Of a DNA stretch of 64,000 nucleotides, positions 19,141 through 28,431 are shown one piece after another (positions within the stretch are counted from its first letter, which is position 1; every line of letters begins with the position of its first letter). This DNA comes from Halobacteriovoraceae bacterium (GTDB taxonomy: Bacteria > Bdellovibrionota > Bacteriovoracia > Bacteriovoracales > Bacteriovoracaceae): contig JACKAJ010000018.1 in NCBI GenBank assembly GCA_020635135.1, forward strand, positions 2,567-66,566. The letters are read 5' to 3'. The translations under genes were made by a program, and so were the position numbers. A model generated the notes under the pieces. That model was not told the origin of the DNA and searched no databases. It worked only from the letters and a program-made list of their open reading frames with translations.

Positions 19141-22100
19141 AGCTCCTTGCACTTGATAAGTTAAATTCGCTGTTGAACATAAACTTCTTTGCCCCCCTGT
19201 AGCGAGACGATCGGCATAAAAAGTATAGGTGCCCTCTGGGAGAACAGAAGTTGTAATATCGACTGAAGATCCTGTTGAAGTAAATGACCCTACAACTGAA
19301 GGTGCCGTACAAGAGCTGTTTTTATATAAGGCAACAACATCACCAGCCGCAACACCATAGACAGTAATAGTAGGAGTTGTGTCTTCATTTGGAGAAGACA
19401 CTGGATCAAGTAGGACCAATGTTGTTGGAGCTGGTAGCGTAATGTTGAATCCATTGGATGTAACATTTGTTAAACCACTCGAAGTCGCTCTCAAGGTATA
19501 ACCAGAACCCGCTAGGTTGATAGATAAATCATTAAAAGTAACAATTCCATTTACAGCACTAGCACTATAACTTCCAGAAAGTGAAGCTGAACCTGATGAG
19601 GGATCATTTTGAATATTCAAGACAATATTAGCAGTTGAATTTGTAATGACATTATTAAAATCATCCGAAACAGCCACTTGAAAAGTCCCGATATTTGCAC
19701 CTTCCAAGGCACTTGTTGGTTGTGATAAAAAGATCAATTTACTTGCATTAGCAAAAATATTAAAGCTATTTGAAATATCACCAGTTAATCCTGTTGCACT
19801 CGCTGAAAATGTATAACCACTTGTAGCGAAATTTAAAGAAATATCACTAAAAGTAGCAACTCCATTTAAAGCCGAAACATTAAGTGTTCCCGAAAGTGTT
19901 GCTGACCCACTGGAGGGATCATTTTGTAAAGCAATTGTGATGAGATCATTATCATTTGTTTTGTTTCCATAGCTATCAATGATTTCAACAGTAAAACTAT
20001 CAAAAGCAACATTGGCGAGAGCACCGCTCGGCTGAGCCGCAAAAGAAAGTGCCGCCTTTATACCTGCTGAAATATTAAATGAACTTGAAGTCGCCCCATT
20101 AAGACCGGTACTATTGGCAACGATTGTATAGCCTGAAAAGGCTTTATCGATAGATATATTATTAAATACAGCGACACCATTAACAGCTACTTTTGAAAGA
20201 GTTCCAGATAAAGTTGCTGCTCCACTTGAAGGATCACTTTGGAGACTTAAGGTAATTAAATTCGTAGCTGTATTAACTAGACTTCCATTGTAATCTCGCA
20301 CCTCTACTTCAATACTAGGAGCAATATTCACTCCTGCAGTTGAATGAGAAGGATTCACAGTAAATGCCAACTGATAGGGTACCGATTGGGCTGTGATACT
20401 TTCACTATCAGATTGTCCAAAATAATTTGCTCCAATGCTGGCAGTCCCAGCATTCGTCGCTGTTAATTGCCCTGCTTGTGTTAAGCTAAAATGCCCACTT
20501 GGAGTTTGGCTCCAAGTAACATAATTAGTAACATCCACTACACTCGCATCAGAAAATGTTGCATTAACTGTTAGAAATTGGCTTGCACCAAGATCAAGAG
20601 TACTTTGTCCTGCAACTAAATCTATAGAAGCAACGGTAGGGCAAGTTACTGTTACATTTGTAATATTACTCGTAGAGACTGAACCCGATCCATTCGTTAA
20701 TACGCAAGTAATAGAGGGTGCGGCTGGTTGAGTCGAGATAGTTACATTATAACCTTGACCTGAAGCTATTTGAGTAGAAAAAACAAAAGAAGTTTCACCT
20801 GAATTAACTGTAATTGTTTCTGCTCCATTGAGAGACAATTGCAAACTGTCAAAATTTAAATTGGCAACAGTTCCACCAATTGTAAAAAGTGAAGAACCTC
20901 CTCCTCCGCCGGCCATCCAATCGAGGACAGGAAGTGCATAAGAGACTCCACTCATAATTTCGTAACCAGTAGGAGCGGCCATCCAATCGTCAGTCATACT
21001 GCCAAAACTGAAAGTTGGATAAAAGGCAGTATTAGGAGCATCTGCAAGATTAACTCCTTGACCTAGTGAATTGTGAGAGGCGTCTTTATTTTCATTGAAA
21101 TAAAAATTTGAAGTTGTATCAAATGATCCTCCATTTAATTCATCAGAAATGAGAGGGCCAAAGAGAGAGATATTTTCACTACTTGAAACTTCACGAGTCA
21201 CAACACCTGCTGCATAATTATTTTGTACAGAATTTACACTTGCAGTATTTACAAAACCAATAAGCCCGCCCGCTTTTGCAAAAGATTCAACATCTCCAGT
21301 GGCAAAAGAATTTGTAACAGTAGAGTTTAGAAGATAACCGAGGAGTCCACCACAATTACTTCCTGTGCAGGCAACATTACCTGTAGCATAACTTCTATTG
21401 ACACTTCCTCTCATCATACCCACTAAACCACCAGAGGAGTTTCTTATAGCATCACCACCAACATCTCCATTGGCATATGAATTTTCAATTGATCCCCCTC
21501 TGAAATATCCAATAAGTCCACCAACATAATCGGCGGTCCCTGAATTCACAGAAACATTTCCTGTGGCGTATAGTCTTTTAAAATTCGCGTTCCAACTATT
21601 TGAATACCCCAGTAAGCCTCCAATATAAGCACTCGGAGTAGGTTCTTGTACATTAATATCACCTGTAGCATAAGAATCTTCCATGATATCTCCCATGAAA
21701 AATCCCGCTAATCCACCTATGAATTGAGTGTACCCACTCACAGTCCCTGTAGCGTGACTAAAAAGAATAGTTGAATCATTTCCTGGCACGCGCCCAATAA
21801 GGCCTCCTACCAATTTTGCTTTCGCATTGATATTCATTGAAGATGATGAATTGTCGAGAGTAACAGGATAATCATCCTCTGACTGAGCGATAATACCGCC
21901 AACATAAGATCGGACACTGTCATATTTTTCATCAAGAACATCAATCGCCCCACTTGTCGTTAGGTAAGAGAGTGTCCCTGTTAGCAAGTATCCAATAATT
22001 CCCCCTACTCGATCACTTCCAGCATGAATATTTCCCGTATAACTACTACTCGAGATACTTGTTTCTGCGAGGGATTGCCCCACTAATCCACCGATGTATC

Positions 22101-25100
22101 CATCTGTCGCATCGACATCCACTGTTACGCTTCCATTAACTGCACTATTTGAAATGGTTCCACCATTCATTTCACCAATTAGCCCTCCAACTTTTTCACC
22201 ATGGGCAAGAACATCGCCAGTTTGGCTTACTTGTGAGAAGTTAAAATTGCCTTCTGCACTTTGGCCACAATATGCTCCTACATAATTTTGACCTTCAACT
22301 TCATTATTCAATATAAGATTGGTCGCATCATGCCCTCCATCACTCGAAACAATTTGCCCAATCACACCTCCGGTATAATTATTTCCAACAACGTTGACTT
22401 CGAAATCACTATTGTTAATGGTGATATCTGATGAATTAGAAGCCTGTCCAATCAACCCTCCAGTATAAATAATCCCATTAACAGCTCCATTGACTAAACT
22501 GACTCCATCAATCGATCCGTTTCCTTTCCACTCCCCGACAACTCCACCCGTTGTGGAATACCCTGATACACTAAAATCTTCGAATGAAATATTTTTAAGA
22601 GTAGCATTTTCAAATACTTTAAAAAGACCAACTGAAACAGTATTTGGCTTACTTACAATATAATTTCTAACTGCAAAATTATTTCCATCTAATTCTCCAG
22701 AAAAAGTCGTCGAGTAGGGATTAAGAGACATTCCAATAAAATCAATATCATTACCAAGTATAAATTTTTTATCAGGATACAAGCGAATATTCGAAAATTG
22801 ACCTCGATGACAAATTAAATAAGGAGTTGAGATTCCATCTCCGCCGGATTGAATGTTTCCGAAAAGCCCATTGATCGCTACACTTGTATCACATTCAGTC
22901 GTCGGCTTGTTTAAAGTTTTAGAAACAATTCCCGAGCCACTTGTCTGATTTTGGTTTTTAAGCTCTACATTTAAAGTCAAGGGACCATCACTCATTGCCG
23001 TAGCATCAATAACAGCAGACCAGCGATTATTTGTTTGGCAAATTGTATTAAGACTAAAATCACCTGAGACTTCAACAATATTACCAGCAATTCCACATTC
23101 TCCATAAATAAGCTTTCTTCCCACAATAATCTCTCCATTCACCGATGGATTGAGAATTGAGATTTCAAGGTTACTCACTGTTACAGTTGAAACAGGATCT
23201 GAAGAAATTATTTTATCGACCAGTGATTGACCGAACTCTTGAGCCAATGTATTAAAACCACTTGATCCTTCAAAAATATCTGGATTAGGTTCTGCAATGG
23301 GGTTATCGATATGATTTTCAATATTTGTGAATCCATAATTACTCGTTTCCATCCACTGAAAAACTGCATAGGAATAGTCAACGGTATCTCCGGGAAGTTT
23401 AAAACCTGCACTTGGTATGCTCCAGAGGGATCCAAAATCAAAATTGGAATAATTGCTTGATACAACTAACTGACTAGAGGTTAAGGAGTTTCCAAAAATG
23501 TTTGCACCGACAAGAGGAAAACTTGATTCTTCATCTATGACAGCGGAATTCGAATTATAAAAACAGTCAGAAATATCGGGAGCTGTAATATTTCCTCCGA
23601 TCAAACCAAAGCTAGAGTCACTTCCAATCGCAGAAATCTTTTTATAGACATATCCAGTGGAATAACACTTCGAAACAGTTGTCGAATCAGGAATAAACCA
23701 ACCGACGATTCCCCCACCCTCTCCGAGAGAATAAACAGTTCCAGTAAAAAACGAATTAGAAATATTCTTTTTGAGACTAAGACCAGAAATCCCACCGACA
23801 TAGCGCCCGAGGGAATTAATTGTTCCCGAAAACATTGCCCCATCAATAGGAGCAACCTGATAACCCGCAATCCCACCGACCAAATTTCTTGCTCCTGTGA
23901 CATCGGAAGAGGAGTAAATATTTGAGACATTCGCCGCTTTCACATAACCAAAAGCACCACCGACATAGTCAGCATCATTATTAGAGATAGTAATATTTCC
24001 TCTCGTATAGAGCATATCAAAATTTGCAGCTAAAACGTTAGTATAGCCTGCGATACCGCCAATATAAGAATTGGCATCGGGATCACTTATTGTAATGTCA
24101 GATTCAGAAAAGGAATTTGTAATTGAGCTCGCATTAAATTGACCGACTAATCCTCCAACAAAGGATTTTTTGGCAATAATGGTTCCCGTAGAATAGCTAT
24201 TATCAATGGAGGTATTTGTTCCTCCTAAAAATCCAACTAATCCCCCGACATATTGAGCATTTGCGGTTATATCCATTTGAGAATATGAATCCGAAAAAGT
24301 AACATCGAGTCCAGTGTTTCCGACAAGCCCTCCGGTAAACTTTAAAACCGTACTGGTTGTATCATCATTAACATTAATTGTTCCTCGAGAATAACTTGTG
24401 CCAATCGAGCCACTGTGCATTCGCCCTATCAAACCCGCAGTATAGTGGCCCCCAGATGAAATATTTGAAACGACATGAGAATTTGTTATTGTCGAAGTCG
24501 CTCTTCCAAATCCAATGAGACCTCCAACATTGACATCAACAGCGTCCAATGTGCCATTTATAGACCCGATATGAACGCCTTGATCAATGGCTATTCCGTG
24601 ATACGATTCCCCAACAAGCCCGCCTATATTTGCACCATTAGAGTAAAGATCTCCCTTGTGGAGTACATCTGTGAAATTGGGGCTCACACCATAAACTCTT
24701 CCAAGAACACCTGCTGTATAATTAAGTCCTGTAACGTTAGCGTAGACATCAACATTATTTAGAGTTAATCCACCACCTGTTTTATAGACATATCCTAACA
24801 ATCCCGCGGCATAATCACTTGTAGCGTTTACAGTCACGTCAATTTTAGAATCACTAATATCCAGTGTTGAGACCCCATTATTTAAACCGATTAAACCTCC
24901 GGCCATTTGGTTTGCAGTCACTGAACCTTGAATAGAGACATTCTGAATTGTCCCACCCTCTCTCCAGTCACCTGCTAGAATACCTACCCGGACATTTCCT
25001 TCCACATTCGCATTTCTAATATTCAAATTTTTAACTGTTGCTCCAGAAATAAATTTAAAAATCCCGATCGAATTTTGACCTGGCTGTACAATGTAAAAAT

Positions 25101-25722
25101 TTTCTAGGAAAAAATTTTGTCCATCGAGGATTCCCGTAAATGGGGGAAGAATCGGATTAATGCTTGAAGAAGAAAAGTTGATATTTTGAGATAGGACAAA
25201 ATTCTTATCTGGATATAGTGAAATGTTAGCAAATTGTTGTGCAGTACAAATTTTATAGGGATTATCAGTACCATTCCCACCGTTGTCTATGTTCGCAAAA
25301 ACCTTTGTTAAATTGGAAGCATTCTCACAAGTGACGTCTGATCGAGAAAATGTTCGCGTAACAATTGATCCTCCAGTGCTATAATCTTTACTTTTTAACT
25401 GAACATTGACAGTTATCGTTTGCCCTTCAGTAAATCCATCCCCTGAAATTGCCGCTGTCCAAGTTCCATTCGCTTGGCAAACACTGTAGAGATTAACATC
25501 TCCAGTGATAACGATTGGGAAATTTGGCTGGCCACAATCTCCAGAAATAATAGCAGAACTACCAAGAGGGGCTCCGTCATTTGCCGGATAGAGGATATTA
25601 ATTTCATAGGTTACGGGTGTAACAGTTGTTCCGTCACTATTTTCCCCACCACTATCGTTACATGAAGAGATCATGAAAAAAAGGAGAAGGAGATGAATAA
25701 AAGTAACAAACGTTCTACTCAT
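17020..25722 (-). CDS. Giant (~2900 aa) surface lipoprotein/adhesin candidate with GLUG-repeat modules, Big_2/Ig-like repeats and three MAM domains
   Basis: Single uninterrupted ORF. Lipobox MSRTFVTFIHLLLLFFMISS|C from the ATG at 25722. Dozens of GLUG-type repeats (YVGGLIGY, FTGGLVGN, YIGGIAGY). One Big_2-like domain. Three ~103-aa Ig-like repeats. Three MAM-like domains (DDRDWSLNSGDTPSSGVGPT ... NSDIAIDDL..C). Confidence 0.9.
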   Translation of the reverse strand: MSRTFVTFIHLLLLFFMISSCNDSGGENSDGTTVTPVTYEINILYPANDGAPLGSSAIISGDCGQPNFPIVITGDVNLYSVCQANGTWTAAISGDGFTEGQTITVNVQLKSKDYSTGGSIVTRTFSRSDVTCENASNLTKVFANIDNGGNGTDNPYKICTAQQFANISLYPDKNFVLSQNINFSSSSINPILPPFTGILDGQNFFLENFYIVQPGQNSIGIFKFISGATVKNLNIRNANVEGNVRVGILAGDWREGGTIQNVSIQGSVTANQMAGGLIGLNNGVSTLDISDSKIDVTVNATSDYAAGLLGYVYKTGGGLTLNNVDVYANVTGLNYTAGVLGRVYGVSPNFTDVLHKGDLYSNGANIGGLVGESYHGIAIDQGVHIGSINGTLDAVDVNVGGLIGFGRATSTITNSHVVSNISSGGHYTAGLIGRMHSGSIGTSYSRGTINVNDDTTSTVLKFTGGLVGNTGLDVTFSDSYSQMDITANAQYVGGLVGFLGGTNTSIDNSYSTGTIIAKKSFVGGLVGQFNASSITNSFSESDITISDPDANSYIGGIAGYTNVLAANFDMLYTRGNITISNNDADYVGGAFGYVKAANVSNIYSSSDVTGARNLVGGIAGYQVAPIDGAMFSGTINSLGRYVGGISGLSLKKNISNSFFTGTVYSLGEGGGIVGWFIPDSTTVSKCYSTGYVYKKISAIGSDSSFGLIGGNITAPDISDCFYNSNSAVIDEESSFPLVGANIFGNSLTSSQLVVSSNYSNFDFGSLWSIPSAGFKLPGDTVDYSYAVFQWMETSNYGFTNIENHIDNPIAEPNPDIFEGSSGFNTLAQEFGQSLVDKIISSDPVSTVTVSNLEISILNPSVNGEIIVGRKLIYGECGIAGNIVEVSGDFSLNTICQTNNRWSAVIDATAMSDGPLTLNVELKNQNQTSGSGIVSKTLNKPTTECDTSVAINGLFGNIQSGGDGISTPYLICHRGQFSNIRLYPDKKFILGNDIDFIGMSLNPYSTTFSGELDGNNFAVRNYIVSKPNTVSVGLFKVFENATLKNISFEDFSVSGYSTTGGVVGEWKGNGSIDGVSLVNGAVNGIIYTGGLIGQASNSSDITINNSDFEVNVVGNNYTGGVIGQIVSSDGGHDATNLILNNEVEGQNYVGAYCGQSAEGNFNFSQVSQTGDVLAHGEKVGGLIGEMNGGTISNSAVNGSVTVDVDATDGYIGGLVGQSLAETSISSSSYTGNIHAGSDRVGGIIGYLLTGTLSYLTTSGAIDVLDEKYDSVRSYVGGIIAQSEDDYPVTLDNSSSSMNINAKAKLVGGLIGRVPGNDSTILFSHATGTVSGYTQFIGGLAGFFMGDIMEDSYATGDINVQEPTPSAYIGGLLGYSNSWNANFKRLYATGNVSVNSGTADYVGGLIGYFRGGSIENSYANGDVGGDAIRNSSGGLVGMMRGSVNRSYATGNVACTGSNCGGLLGYLLNSTVTNSFATGDVESFAKAGGLIGFVNTASVNSVQNNYAAGVVTREVSSSENISLFGPLISDELNGGSFDTTSNFYFNENKDASHNSLGQGVNLADAPNTAFYPTFSFGSMTDDWMAAPTGYEIMSGVSYALPVLDWMAGGGGGSSLFTIGGTVANLNFDSLQLSLNGAETITVNSGETSFVFSTQIASGQGYNVTISTQPAAPSITCVLTNGSGSVSTSNITNVTVTCPTVASIDLVAGQSTLDLGASQFLTVNATFSDASVVDVTNYVTWSQTPSGHFSLTQAGQLTATNAGTASIGANYFGQSDSESITAQSVPYQLAFTVNPSHSTAGVNIAPSIEVEVRDYNGSLVNTATNLITLSLQSDPSSGAATLSGTLSKVAVNGVAVFNNISIDKAFSGYTIVANSTGLNGATSSSFNISAGIKAALSFAAQPSGALANVAFDSFTVEIIDSYGNKTNDNDLITIALQNDPSSGSATLSGTLNVSALNGVATFSDISLNFATSGYTFSASATGLTGDISNSFNIFANASKLIFLSQPTSALEGANIGTFQVAVSDDFNNVITNSTANIVLNIQNDPSSGSASLSGSYSASAVNGIVTFNDLSINLAGSGYTLRATSSGLTNVTSNGFNITLPAPTTLVLLDPVSSPNEDTTPTITVYGVAAGDVVALYKNSSCTAPSVVGSFTSTGSSVDITTSVLPEGTYTFYADRLATGGQRSLCSTANLTYQVQGAFNQIDDLNSSFGNWSNVGGDDDDWSLNTGDTPSTDVGPTSGSYAYTEASSPVAANDEFHLESNILDGSTNDLAFSFKWNKRGDNMGDLILEASNNGGSTWTEVWSHLGSDIATGGTDAWRSQYVDLCNLGYTSSNVVLRFRAVMPSTGTIWNSDIAIDDLVVNSGGCEANPPATITFDSPSTDTLITLFNESSFTIGGTCSDNGQNIIISGDGSGSTSCSAGTWSTSLDLSSAGDGLVNLIVTHSSASGGANGIATKEFSKDTSYLQFDSFDTLGNWANANYDDRDWSLNSGDTPSSGVGPTSSQDSGGNYLYTEASNPVGANDEFIIESSDLDAGAFNLRIQFYWNKRGTSMGDLYLEASTDGGSSWDPAVWSHTGSDIATNGTDRWNLANVDVCDQGYNSGNVKFRFRATMPSSGTIWNSDIAIDEVKVTADGCNPGVPATIAITTPDVSEIITLANYNAFSVSGTCSDNAQNITFSGGVSGTTLCNSGAWNYTFDLSAVPDGNVQIIADHVSGSGGPTGRAIKTFVKDTSLIQEDDFESFANWNNVSGDDRDWSLNSGDTPSSGVGPTLAQGGSGSYVYTEASSPAKSGDEFILESNTLDAGSFNLSMTFYWNKRGDNMGDLYLEVSTDGGSTWDTPAWSHLGADVGRNGVDVWNAQTIDLCNLGYNSGNIKLRFRAVMPSSGTVWHSDMGLDSIKVENNGCQ
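19440..20385 (-). repeat. Three tandem ~103-aa Ig-like domain repeats (protein-level)
   Basis: A recurring block: DPSSG(A/S)ATLSGTL...A(V/L)NGVA(V/T)F..IS(I/L)......SGYT(I/F/L).A..TGL.....S..FNI. Confidence 0.7.
20900..25610 (-). repeat. Two paralogous ~770-800-aa modules inside the giant gene (Ig-like cap plus GLUG-repeat region), boundary near 23190
   Basis: The module starts align: ILYPANDGAPLGSSAIISGDCGQPNFPIVITGDVNLYSVCQANGTWTAAISG versus ILNPSVNGEIIVGRKLIYGECGIAGNIVEVSGDFSLNTICQTNNRWSAVIDA. Both then continue CENASNLTKVFANIDNGGNGTDNPYKICTAQQFANISLYPDKNF versus CDTSVAINGLFGNIQSGGDGISTPYLICHRGQFSNIRLYPDKKF. Confidence 0.7.
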
Positions 25723-25947
25723 GGACTTCAATTTCCTCCGTCGAAAAACCACACACAAATTCTTTATGTTTTCTTAATACAAGCATCTTCATTTTAAGGC
25801 CGATCAAAAGATCGATGTAAATCTTTTCGGTCAAGTCTCAAAAGATATATATTTCAAACACTTAAGCGGTATATTTTCCCTATTAAAAAAAACTAAAGTT
25901 TTGAAAAAAACAGAAAATGTGAACAAAAGTTGGCAGTTGAAAGCCTT

Positions 25948-28419
25948 CTAAATTTCAGGAATTGTTAAGATCTCTTTAAGGAAAGTTTGGCGTTTTTTGT
26001 TATCTATGTTCCTTATGGCCATGGCCATGGCTCTCTTCGTTCCTACAAAAATAGCTAATTTTTTTGCTCGGGTTAAGGCTGTATAGATAAGATTTCGAGT
26101 TAGCATTTTAAAATGTTGGGTCGTAACTGGGATAATCACAGCATCAAATTCACTTCCTTGGGATTTGTGGATTGTAATGGCATAAGCAAGATCAATTTCA
26201 TTCAGATCTTCTCGCTTATAAAAAACTTCCTGGATTTTGCCCGCTCCCGTGTATTCCACGACCATCGATAATTCCATAGGATCCATATTTGTAATAACTC
26301 CAATGTCTCCATTGAAAACTTCAAGGTCATAATTATTCTTTTTTTGAATTACTCTATCTCCAATTTTGAATTTTCTCCCGCCAATTACCATTTCAGTTTG
26401 TTCTCTATTAAAGTGCTCTTGTAACAAAGAATTGAGATTTTGAGTTCCAAGGCTCCCTTTAGTCATCGGGCACAAGACCTGAATTTCGTTAATCTGGGGA
26501 TAATATTTTTTGATACTTTCGATATAGAGTTTCAAAATCATATCTGTAGGTAACATTCCAAAATGCAATGATGAATAGGGATGGACCTTTTTCAAGACTT
26601 GCTTGACCTCATCAATTTTAGATTGTGTTGCAAGTAATGAATCAATATTCACATGATAATATTTTGGAGGAATATCTAGTCTTTTGACTTCAGGGCTAGA
26701 ATAATTCAATTTTCCTATATCTAAATTTTTAACAAGATTTTGCTCCTCTTCCATAAATTCTTTTTCACTGACGAACAGATCTTTATCAGAATTTTTCAAA
26801 CTTTTAATTTTATAAATGAATCGCATATCTTCTTGAGTTGCTTCCTCTGAGTCAATAAACATGCAATCCACTTTTTGTTTCCAAAGGCTGGCATCTTTAA
26901 ATGGTGTTTGGAAGTCTGGAAATTCACCGCGATTTATTTGATGGGCATATTGAATAATATGGCTTTCTTTACCTTGGCGAAAAATCTGCGTAAGTTTAAA
27001 ACATTTTACTTTCTTGGATTCAATCAGATCTTTAAGAACGTTTCCCGCTCCTACCGAAGCCAATTGATCACTGTCTCCAATAAAAAGAACTTGCGCCGTT
27101 GCAGGGATTGCCCTCAATACAGAAGCCGTAAGGCTAATATCAAGCATTGAACATTCATCTAAGATGACAAAATCTGTATCTAATGGCGATTCCTCATTTG
27201 TCTTAAACATACCTGTCGCAGGATTCCAAACAAGTAAGCGATGAATTGTTTTTGCTTCAAGCCCAATAACCTCACCCATCCGTTGTGCTGCTCTTCCAGT
27301 AGGTGCCGCCAGAGTCACTCTTTTTTTCATTGCTAATAATAATTTGACCAAGGTCTTTGTCGTTGTAGTCTTTCCACAACCAGGACCTCCTGTCAGAATT
27401 GAAAACTTTTGTGAAACAATACTCGCAACACTTCTCTTTTGTTCATCGCTTAGAGGAAATTCTTGTAGACTATTGTATTTTTCGAGCCAAATATTTATTT
27501 TATTATCATCGATTGGGACTGCAAGATCCATCCATTGGGCTATTCTCTTTCCTGTATAAAGTTCATCAAAAAAGAGCTTTTTAGAGTAAAAATAGACTTC
27601 CCCCTCAAATTCGCGAGTACAAACCTCACTGTTTTCTTTCATTTCAGAAAGGCAGTCGATCACTAATTCATTTAACTCTTGATTCAAAAGCTTTTTAACT
27701 TCTAAACCAATTTGTTCTTGAGTTAAATAGCAGTGCCCCTCTTCTTTACTCAATGCAAGGACATGGGAGATGGCTGCTTTTATTCGCTGAGGACTATCGA
27801 GACTCAAGCCCACATTTAAAGCTATTTTATCAGCACTCATAAACCCTACGCCATAAATATCGCGAGAGAGTCGGTAAGGGTCTTCTTTGACAACTCTGAT
27901 AGAATCTTCTCCATAGAGTTTAAAAATTTTAACAGCAAAAAGAGTACTTACTCCATGAGATTGTAAGAATAGCATGACATTTCTAATTTCTCGATGCTCG
28001 ATCCAAGCCTTTTTAATTTGAGTTAATTTATTCTTAGCGATCCCTTCAACTTCAGTTAGCCTATCAATCTCATTTTCAAAAACTTCTAAAGTTTCATCAC
28101 CAAATGTTTGTACTATTTTTTTAGCAGTTTTAGGACCAACGCCAAAGATCAAGCCCGAGCCTAAGTATTTTTCGAGAGCGGCTGCTGTTGCAGGTTTTTT
28201 TTCAAATGCTTTTTCAGCTTTAAATTGTCGACCAAATTTGGGATGCTCGCTCCAGCTACCAAAAAAGTCCATCGTCGCACCAGCGTAAACCTTAGCTTGA
28301 TGGATAGTTACAGCAACGACATTGCGAGGGTCTTTAAAAGGAGAAACTTTGAGAACCGTCCAACCATTTTGTTCGTTGTGAAACGTAATCCTCTGGACAA
28401 TGCCAGATAGTTCCTCCAT
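25948..28419 (-). CDS. recD2: RecD2-type SF1 ATP-dependent DNA helicase
   Basis: 823 aa. N-terminal HhH-like region, Walker A GGPGCGKTT, Walker B ILDECSMLD, and late motifs YAITIHKSQGSEF and ALTRAKK. Confidence 0.9.
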   Translation of the reverse strand: MEELSGIVQRITFHNEQNGWTVLKVSPFKDPRNVVAVTIHQAKVYAGATMDFFGSWSEHPKFGRQFKAEKAFEKKPATAAALEKYLGSGLIFGVGPKTAKKIVQTFGDETLEVFENEIDRLTEVEGIAKNKLTQIKKAWIEHREIRNVMLFLQSHGVSTLFAVKIFKLYGEDSIRVVKEDPYRLSRDIYGVGFMSADKIALNVGLSLDSPQRIKAAISHVLALSKEEGHCYLTQEQIGLEVKKLLNQELNELVIDCLSEMKENSEVCTREFEGEVYFYSKKLFFDELYTGKRIAQWMDLAVPIDDNKINIWLEKYNSLQEFPLSDEQKRSVASIVSQKFSILTGGPGCGKTTTTKTLVKLLLAMKKRVTLAAPTGRAAQRMGEVIGLEAKTIHRLLVWNPATGMFKTNEESPLDTDFVILDECSMLDISLTASVLRAIPATAQVLFIGDSDQLASVGAGNVLKDLIESKKVKCFKLTQIFRQGKESHIIQYAHQINRGEFPDFQTPFKDASLWKQKVDCMFIDSEEATQEDMRFIYKIKSLKNSDKDLFVSEKEFMEEEQNLVKNLDIGKLNYSSPEVKRLDIPPKYYHVNIDSLLATQSKIDEVKQVLKKVHPYSSLHFGMLPTDMILKLYIESIKKYYPQINEIQVLCPMTKGSLGTQNLNSLLQEHFNREQTEMVIGGRKFKIGDRVIQKKNNYDLEVFNGDIGVITNMDPMELSMVVEYTGAGKIQEVFYKREDLNEIDLAYAITIHKSQGSEFDAVIIPVTTQHFKMLTRNLIYTALTRAKKLAIFVGTKRAMAMAIRNIDNKKRQTFLKEILTIPEI

Positions 28420-28431
28420 TTTTTTCCTTTT

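Noticed and set aside
19440-20385. Periodic nucleotide similarity that could be mistaken for a tandem-repeat or CRISPR-like array
   Set aside because: The period is ~310 nt, the copies are diverged, and they are in-frame Ig-like protein domain repeats. There is no short repeat/spacer structure and there are no cas genes.
25948-28419. RecD-like helicase as a possible phage-defence component
   Set aside because: It has the complete housekeeping RecD2 architecture. No nuclease, methylase, ATPase partner or mobile-element context is adjacent. It follows the OPT transporter gene by 12 nt, apparently by simple packing.
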